A DNA stretch of 64,000 nt. Source: a virus (Duplodnaviria; Caudoviricetes). A program made the position numbers and the translations under genes. Every line of letters begins with the position of its first letter. Position 1 is the stretch's first letter. The notes beneath the pieces were generated by a model. The model ran no database searches and was not told the DNA's origin. It worked only from the letters and a program-made list of their open reading frames with translations. Shown here piece after piece: positions 58,811 to 64,000 of this stretch. The DNA is taken from positions 32,001 through 96,000 of the IMG/VR virus record IMGVR_UViG_3300028591_000076, one strand, 5' to 3'.

Positions 58811-59413
58811 TTAATTTAACCCATATTTCTTTGTTAAAGAGTCTTTTGATGATTTCTTATATTTATTACGCTTAGCTATTATTTTAATCTTATTTATAAT
58901 TTTACCAAAAATAGTCTTTGCTGGCATATTCATTTCTTCAAGATCAAAAATATCTCTACTATAAATTTTAGGGTCAATATATCTACTCTTGTAGCCCTTA
59001 TCACACCACTCAAAAATCTTATTATCCAATTCTTTTCTATCTTTACGCATATCAGCTAGTGCCCTTTCAATTTCAGGCTGTAAAGCAGACTCTTCAAATT
59101 TAGTCATCTTAATTTTTCCAAAATCAATTGGAAGTTTCTCATGATTAAATGTCAAGTCTTTAAGATTTTCAATATCTTTTTTAAGAACTGGGTATGTATA
59201 TACTTTATTTGGCTTTCTAAGCATAAAATATGGATAAAGTGTTTTATCCTTTACATCCATGCTGCAAACATTATCTTTAACTTTTTTATTTATTTTATTT
59301 GATAGAATAATACATAAATTATTCATATCTAATTCTGGAGATGTAATAACTTCTGTTACTAAGTCCATATCCTTTATGGCATTATTAAAACTCTCATTTA
59401 TTTCTAATTGCAT
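58811..59413 (-). CDS. Hypothetical protein
   Basis: 200 aa ORF. Confidence 0.65.
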   Translation of the reverse strand: MQLEINESFNNAIKDMDLVTEVITSPELDMNNLCIILSNKINKKVKDNVCSMDVKDKTLYPYFMLRKPNKVYTYPVLKKDIENLKDLTFNHEKLPIDFGKIKMTKFEESALQPEIERALADMRKDRKELDNKIFEWCDKGYKSRYIDPKIYSRDIFDLEEMNMPAKTIFGKIINKIKIIAKRNKYKKSSKDSLTKKYGLN

Positions 59414-59473
59414 TCTATATTACCCCATAGTACATTCTATAGTAATATATTAGGATATTATTTAAAATATTAA

Positions 59474-59492
59474 AGGTCCCAAAAAGGGACCT
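59474..59492 (-). terminator. Probable terminator after clpP
   Basis: aggtccc aaaaa gggacct. Confidence 0.65.
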
Positions 59493-59520
59493 CTTATACT
59501 TTATTAAATTATATATTTTT

Positions 59521-60126
59521 TTACTTTCGCGCAGTCAAAATATGGTCTACAATACCATAATCAATTGCTTCCTGTGCACCCATAAAGTGATCACGTTCAC
59601 AATCTTTATAAATTTCTTCGTAAGTCTTACCAGTATCTGCTGCAAGATAATCATACAAGAACTTCTTGAGTCTGTTAATTTCCTCTGCAACAATGTTGAT
59701 ATCTGTTGCCTGACCCTGAGCGCCACCAGAAGGCTGGTGAATCATTACACGGCTTGATGGAAGAATATATCTCTTTCCTTTTGTTCCACCCGCAAGAAGT
59801 ACTGAGCCCATTGATGCAGCCTGACCCATACAAATTGTTTGAATGTCACATTTAACATACTTCATAGTATCATAAATAGCAAGACCAGCTGTTACAACGC
59901 CACCCGGTGAATTAATATACATCTTAATATCCTTTTCAGGATTTTCAGATTCAAGGAACAAAAGCTGTGCTACAATAGCATCAGCCATCTGGTCATTAAC
60001 CTCTCCATCAACAAAGATAATTCGGTCTTTGAGAAGTCTTGAATAAATATCGTAACTTCTTTCACCCGTACTTGTGGACTCAACTACATATGGTACCACA
60101 GATGCTCTTTCTCTCATATCTGACAT
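59521..60126 (-). CDS. clpP: ATP-dependent Clp protease proteolytic subunit
   Basis: [24 protein letters not shown] (Ser), MIHQP (His), ERD (Asp); TTACATATT at 60154. Confidence 0.95.
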   Translation of the reverse strand: MSDMRERASVVPYVVESTSTGERSYDIYSRLLKDRIIFVDGEVNDQMADAIVAQLLFLESENPEKDIKMYINSPGGVVTAGLAIYDTMKYVKCDIQTICMGQAASMGSVLLAGGTKGKRYILPSSRVMIHQPSGGAQGQATDINIVAEEINRLKKFLYDYLAADTGKTYEEIYKDCERDHFMGAQEAIDYGIVDHILTARK

Positions 60127-60194
60127 TTAAGTCTCCTATAATTATTTATTAAAAATATGTAATTATCTTAGTCTATACGTAATAAATTAAAAAA

Positions 60195-60425
60195 TTACTT
60201 TATATCAGGATCACCAGTAAAATAATTATTTGCCTTATTATTAAAAGCGACAGTCTTAGCTAATTCTACTTCTAAGTCTGATACTCTTCGTGTAAGGTCC
60301 ATATTTATAGACTCTAAATAGTGTACTTTTTGATTTAATGTATATATAATATCTGACAAATCTCTTATACTTATATCATAAGAAGTTTTTTGATTTAAGT
60401 CTTCGTCACTTAAGTAATTATTCAT
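60195..60425 (-). CDS. Small coiled-coil protein, near-terminal ANNYF
   Basis: Heptad LNQKVHYLE..LTRRVSDLE. Confidence 0.6.
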   Translation of the reverse strand: MNNYLSDEDLNQKTSYDISIRDLSDIIYTLNQKVHYLESINMDLTRRVSDLEVELAKTVAFNNKANNYFTGDPDIK

Positions 60426-60427
60426 AT

Positions 60428-60841
60428 TTAATTAAAATATTTATCCTCTGGATTATTTGCTAAATCTGATTTATCAGAAATATTATTAAGTACCCAATTA
60501 TATTGTTCATTATATGAAGCAACGTAATCATCTCTTTCTAACTTTGGCTTTGTCTTAAATAATTTTAAGTATTCGCAAACTCGCTTTATCTTAAAAATTT
60601 CAAAGATATTATAACTCGCTTTTACATTAGCCGAATATCTATCATTTCCTAAATATAAAATATTATCTTCATTAAGCTTATGCGTATTTGTTAAAAGAGT
60701 AACGGCATCAGATATAATATTTTTATTATATCCTAATAATTTTGGTAATTGTGATGTATTATAAAATAGTTCTTTTATTGTTACATTCTTTTCTTTAAGA
60801 AAATTAAATATAGCAATATCGCGGTCTTGATTTTCTATCAT
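60428..60841 (-). CDS. Small hypothetical protein, C-terminal tag PEDKYFN
   Basis: ORF in operon. Confidence 0.65.
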   Translation of the reverse strand: MIENQDRDIAIFNFLKEKNVTIKELFYNTSQLPKLLGYNKNIISDAVTLLTNTHKLNEDNILYLGNDRYSANVKASYNIFEIFKIKRVCEYLKLFKTKPKLERDDYVASYNEQYNWVLNNISDKSDLANNPEDKYFN

Positions 60842-60849
60842 ACTAATTC

Positions 60850-61104
60850 CTAAGATACTATTATATTATCTTCAGGTAAGCCGGAATTAGCAATATATGT
60901 TAGTAAAAGTTCCTCATTCCTTGAATAAGGATTAACAGTAATAGTCATATTATTCTTGATAAGATATTTAATACCCTCATCTAATGGCATAATCTTATCA
61001 TTAGTCCAAGCTGCTTCTTTCTTATTTAATAAAATACTAGTCTTAGGACTATCAATATCAATAACATATTGCTCAATAATCTCATCTAAATCCATCATAC
61101 GCAT
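60850..61104 (-). CDS. Hypothetical protein
   Basis: GAGAGG RBS; TTACATATT copies at 61140 and 61177. Confidence 0.65.
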   Translation of the reverse strand: MRMMDLDEIIEQYVIDIDSPKTSILLNKKEAAWTNDKIMPLDEGIKYLIKNNMTITVNPYSRNEELLLTYIANSGLPEDNIIVS

Positions 61105-61212
61105 TACCTCTCAACTACATTTCTTGTCACCCCATTAAAAATATGTAAATTAAAAAAATTATGCATAAAATATAATAATATGTAATTAAACATTTATAAA
61201 ATATGAGTGTTT

Positions 61213-61299
61213 AAATGTGAATTTTTTTAAAATGAAGTTATATTAATTAATGTATAGTAAGAAGAGATATTACTTAGGCTTGCGTAGCGCCAATTAATA
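61213..61299 (+). repeat. Dispersed non-coding repeat, copy 2
   Basis: Same blocks and same orientation as 5114-5201. Confidence 0.9.
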
Positions 61300-61330
61300 T
61301 ATATTTTTAATTTTTAAAAACTAATTACTT

Positions 61331-61522
61331 ATGTTATCTTGGACCAGATTAAAAAGAAATATTGAAGGCCTAGAACTTTGGAAAGTGGGAGATTATAGGT
61401 TTCTAGTATGTAATTCTTATTTGCATTATTTTAAATTTTTTAAAAATTTTAGTAGTGCAAATAATCATTTTTATTCTGTGAAACTTGAATATAATAATGG
61501 TAATTTTACTTATACTTTGTAG
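61331..61522 (+). CDS. Possible small protein
   Basis: ACTAATT 4 nt before the ATG; short. Confidence 0.4.
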   Translation: MLSWTRLKRNIEGLELWKVGDYRFLVCNSYLHYFKFFKNFSSANNHFYSVKLEYNNGNFTYTL

Positions 61523-61817
61523 CTTATTATTTATTTTTAATATAATTCTTATTTTATATTTATTTAATAAAATTAAAAAGAAAATTTCTAATATAAATAA
61601 AGATATTATTTCTATAAATCAGCGTCTACAGAATTTAGATAATAGGGTATCTATTAACGAAAATGATTTTGATGAAACTATAAAAAAGAATGTTCAGTAT
61701 TTAGAACAAAATATTGTTGCGCTAAAATACGAATTTACTATAAAACTTATAGATGACATAAGAAATAATATTAAAACTTTAGTTAATACAGAGTTAGAAA
61801 AACAAAAATCTAAATAA
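61485..61817 (+). CDS. Membrane-anchored coiled-coil protein
   Basis: N-terminal TM followed by heptads. Confidence 0.6.
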   Translation: MNIIMVILLILCSLLFIFNIILILYLFNKIKKKISNINKDIISINQRLQNLDNRVSINENDFDETIKKNVQYLEQNIVALKYEFTIKLIDDIRNNIKTLVNTELEKQKSK

Positions 61818-61822
61818 TTTAT

Positions 61823-63397
61823 ATGATAGAAATATTAAATTATGGTCAATTTCTTGATTTGGAAAGACCAAAGAATATACATAATACTAAACTTTTATGT
61901 CATTGTCCTAAATGCGGAAAAACACATATAAGGCCTTACAGTGACCTCTTAAAATCTAAAGAATATATTTATTGTCGTAGGCATAAACAGCAAAGAAGTT
62001 ATGAACAAAAATATGGTCCAGGTGTAACCTGTGCTATGAAAGTGCCCGGAGCAGCCGAAAAATATAAGCAAACAAAAAAAGAAAAATATGGCGAAAATTG
62101 GGGTAAAGAATGGTACGAAGCACAAAAAGAGCGTGTAAAAAATATAATGGGAGTAGAAAACCCCGCTAAAGACCCGGGCCATTGGTTAAAAAGTTTAACT
62201 TCGATGACAGAAAGATATGGCTCGGTAGAAAGAGCCTATCAAAAAAGACAGGCTAATATTGAATTAACTGCAGAAAAAAATTATGGGTCTTATGAAAATT
62301 ATGTTAAAGTAAGATTACATAATCAAATAGAGTCTTTACAAGAAATATATTGTGATAGTTCTATAGATAATATAAATAATACCACAAAGCAGAAAGATAT
62401 AAGATTTGATAAGTATTTATCATCTATTCAGATGTTTGATGATGTTAGAATATCTTATAAAAATGATAAATATATATTTAAGTGCTTAAAATGTAATTCT
62501 GAATATTCTATTTCATACGAAAATAGAATATATAAATGCCCAAAATGTAATATGGGCATTAAACCTCGTGGCATGATTAATTCAATAAATAATTATATAA
62601 AATCACTTAATTTATCATCTAAGTTAGATGAAATGGTATTACCAGGTTATAATGTAGATATATTTATTGAAAGTAAAAATGTTGCTATAGACGTTTTATC
62701 CGTGTATACTCATTCTAATATAAACCAAAATAATAATAGTGATAAAGTAGATTTTTTTACTAAAAATGGTTACACTTTAATATCTATAATGGAAGATGAC
62801 TGGTATAATCATCAAGATGCGGTAAAAAGTAAAATAAAAAGAATCTTAGGACTTACGGAATCTAATGTAGATGGCTTATCTGGATATGTAAATAAAATAA
62901 CGCCATCCGAATATGAAGATTTCTGTGATATGAACCATAATTGGGGTAAAGGAGCTGCGAGTCTTAAATTAGGCTTAAGAGTATCCGGTGTACTTATAGC
63001 TGTTCTTGGTCTTTCCGCGCCGCGTTATAGACGAAATTATACTTGGGAAGTTACTAGATTTTGTATTAAAAAAGGCTATACAGTAGAAAATGCTATGAGG
63101 TCTTTTTTAATGTGGCTTATAAAAGATGATGAATATGTAAGTTTAATTTATTATCAGGACAAGCGATGGCCAGATGATACAGATAATGCGTTAGAATATA
63201 TAGAAGATATTCCCGCAACAGCATATTATTGGAAAGAAGATAGTAGATTATATCCATGGTCAGTTTTACGACGTAATTATATAAAATCTAAGAAAAACTT
63301 CAATTTTGAAGCGGACTTAACAGTTAAAGAAAACTTATTAAAAGAAGGCTATAATATTATATATGATTGTGGCTATAAAATATTTACGTATGAATAA
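61823..63397 (+). CDS. Hef-like freestanding homing endonuclease
   Basis: CxxC Zn modules, repeated T..EKYG DNA-binding units, Vsr/PD-(D/E)xK-like VDIFIESKNVAID..H..IMEDDW, C-terminal WEVTRFC..IYDCG. Confidence 0.75.
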   Translation: MIEILNYGQFLDLERPKNIHNTKLLCHCPKCGKTHIRPYSDLLKSKEYIYCRRHKQQRSYEQKYGPGVTCAMKVPGAAEKYKQTKKEKYGENWGKEWYEAQKERVKNIMGVENPAKDPGHWLKSLTSMTERYGSVERAYQKRQANIELTAEKNYGSYENYVKVRLHNQIESLQEIYCDSSIDNINNTTKQKDIRFDKYLSSIQMFDDVRISYKNDKYIFKCLKCNSEYSISYENRIYKCPKCNMGIKPRGMINSINNYIKSLNLSSKLDEMVLPGYNVDIFIESKNVAIDVLSVYTHSNINQNNNSDKVDFFTKNGYTLISIMEDDWYNHQDAVKSKIKRILGLTESNVDGLSGYVNKITPSEYEDFCDMNHNWGKGAASLKLGLRVSGVLIAVLGLSAPRYRRNYTWEVTRFCIKKGYTVENAMRSFLMWLIKDDEYVSLIYYQDKRWPDDTDNALEYIEDIPATAYYWKEDSRLYPWSVLRRNYIKSKKNFNFEADLTVKENLLKEGYNIIYDCGYKIFTYE

Positions 63398-63413
63398 CTT
63401 TTAAAGTCATCAT

Positions 63414-63420
63414 ACTAATT
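63414..63420 (+). promoter_or_regulatory. RCTAAWT promoter-like motif (class B, putative late)
   Basis: One of about 20 copies upstream of structural-looking units. Confidence 0.5.
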
Positions 63421-63570
63421 TATTAAGCATTTAAAAAGATTTTCTTTTTAATACTTAAATGAATAGGGCACTACAGGTCCTAAGTTATAGAAATATAACA
63501 AACACGCTTAAAATGAATAAATGCTAAAAGTGTGATATGTAAGATCAATTATTTATAGGTTAAAACAACT

Positions 63571-64000
63571 ATGCAAAAATTTTCAGAATTCTTAAATGAC
63601 TATAAAGAGTTCAAGTTAAAAGAACACAATTCTTCAGAATTTGACAAGTACGACATGATGTACGTTCGTGAAAGCTATGCAGCTTTAGTAAAAGCAGAAA
63701 GAGACGCTAAAAGAATCAAAGAATCTAAAGCAGCTCAGAAAAACGATGAACCAGCTAAAGAGTCAGCTAAAGAACCAGTAAAAGAGACAGCTTTCCAGAA
63801 AGCACTCAAAGAGTTCGCAGCTTTCAAAGAGTCAAAGGGATATGGCCCAGTAACAAGAGCAGAAAGACTCAAGATTTTCGAAAAAACACGTACTACTAAA
63901 GATAAGGTAGTAGAATCAAAGGTTACTGTACAAGGCGTTTTCAACAAACTTGCTGAATCTAAGAAATGTGTTGCTCTTGCTCAGAAAAGACTTTCAGAAG
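63571..64000 (+). CDS. Probable prohead core/scaffold protein (or capsid precursor N-terminus), partial; runs off the right edge
   Basis: Not in the ORF track. Reads MQKFSEFLNDYKEFKLKE..VRES..IKES..AKES..FKES..VVES..LAES, open to the window end, with many C-ending codons suggesting high expression. Confidence 0.7.
   Translation, partial: MQKFSEFLNDYKEFKLKEHNSSEFDKYDMMYVRESYAALVKAERDAKRIKESKAAQKNDEPAKESAKEPVKETAFQKALKEFAAFKESKGYGPVTRAERLKIFEKTRTTKDKVVESKVTVQGVFNKLAESKKCVALAQKRLSE

Noticed and set aside
61823-63570. Group I intron around the homing endonuclease
   Set aside because: No interrupted host gene and no recognisable P7 core, so it is treated as freestanding. An Infernal search would settle it.
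1-64000. tRNA, rRNA, CRISPR array, integrase or reverse transcriptase
   Set aside because: None recognised by eye. Intergenic gaps are short and lack cloverleaf or repeat-spacer patterns.

Overview
A 64 kb, strongly AT-rich, densely coding slice of a large (probably jumbo) T4-superfamily-like myophage genome, read in standard code 11. It holds a terminase large subunit, gp20-like portal, gp6-like baseplate wedge, a probable prohead core protein running off the right edge, RecA, ClpP, an RNA ligase, Thg1, Sir2, a nicotinamidase, Nudix, a nucleoside-hydrolase-like protein, a DNA methyltransferase, a kinase, a GNAT, a C39-like peptidase and a Hef-like homing endonuclease. A STAS protein with a C-terminal Zn ribbon, a FecR protein and a BspA-type LRR protein point to a spirochaete (Treponema-like) host; this is inference. 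Main hunt results: (1) about 19 small, mostly unrelated proteins share a C-terminal h-x-x-Y-[YF] tag, which looks like an undescribed docking or targeting code. (2) thg1 is interrupted by CAT-TAG-GT-CAT directly after an 11-bp GC-rich hairpin; skipping 8 nt restores the family consensus exactly, so it is a candidate for programmed ribosomal bypassing or a reversible switch. (3) A truncated, Walker-B-dead paralog of the terminase ATPase carries the same tag. (4) A second, N-terminal FE-x-[IV]-Y-[NK] motif marks putative virion-packaged proteins. (5) Two promoter-like motifs (TTACATATT and RCTAAWT) often sit only 4-9 nt before the ATG. (6) An 87-88 bp non-coding element is repeated 56 kb apart. 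(7) A FecR plus polytopic membrane cassette is present. I saw no tRNA, rRNA or CRISPR array. All family calls are by eye from motifs; no searches were run.
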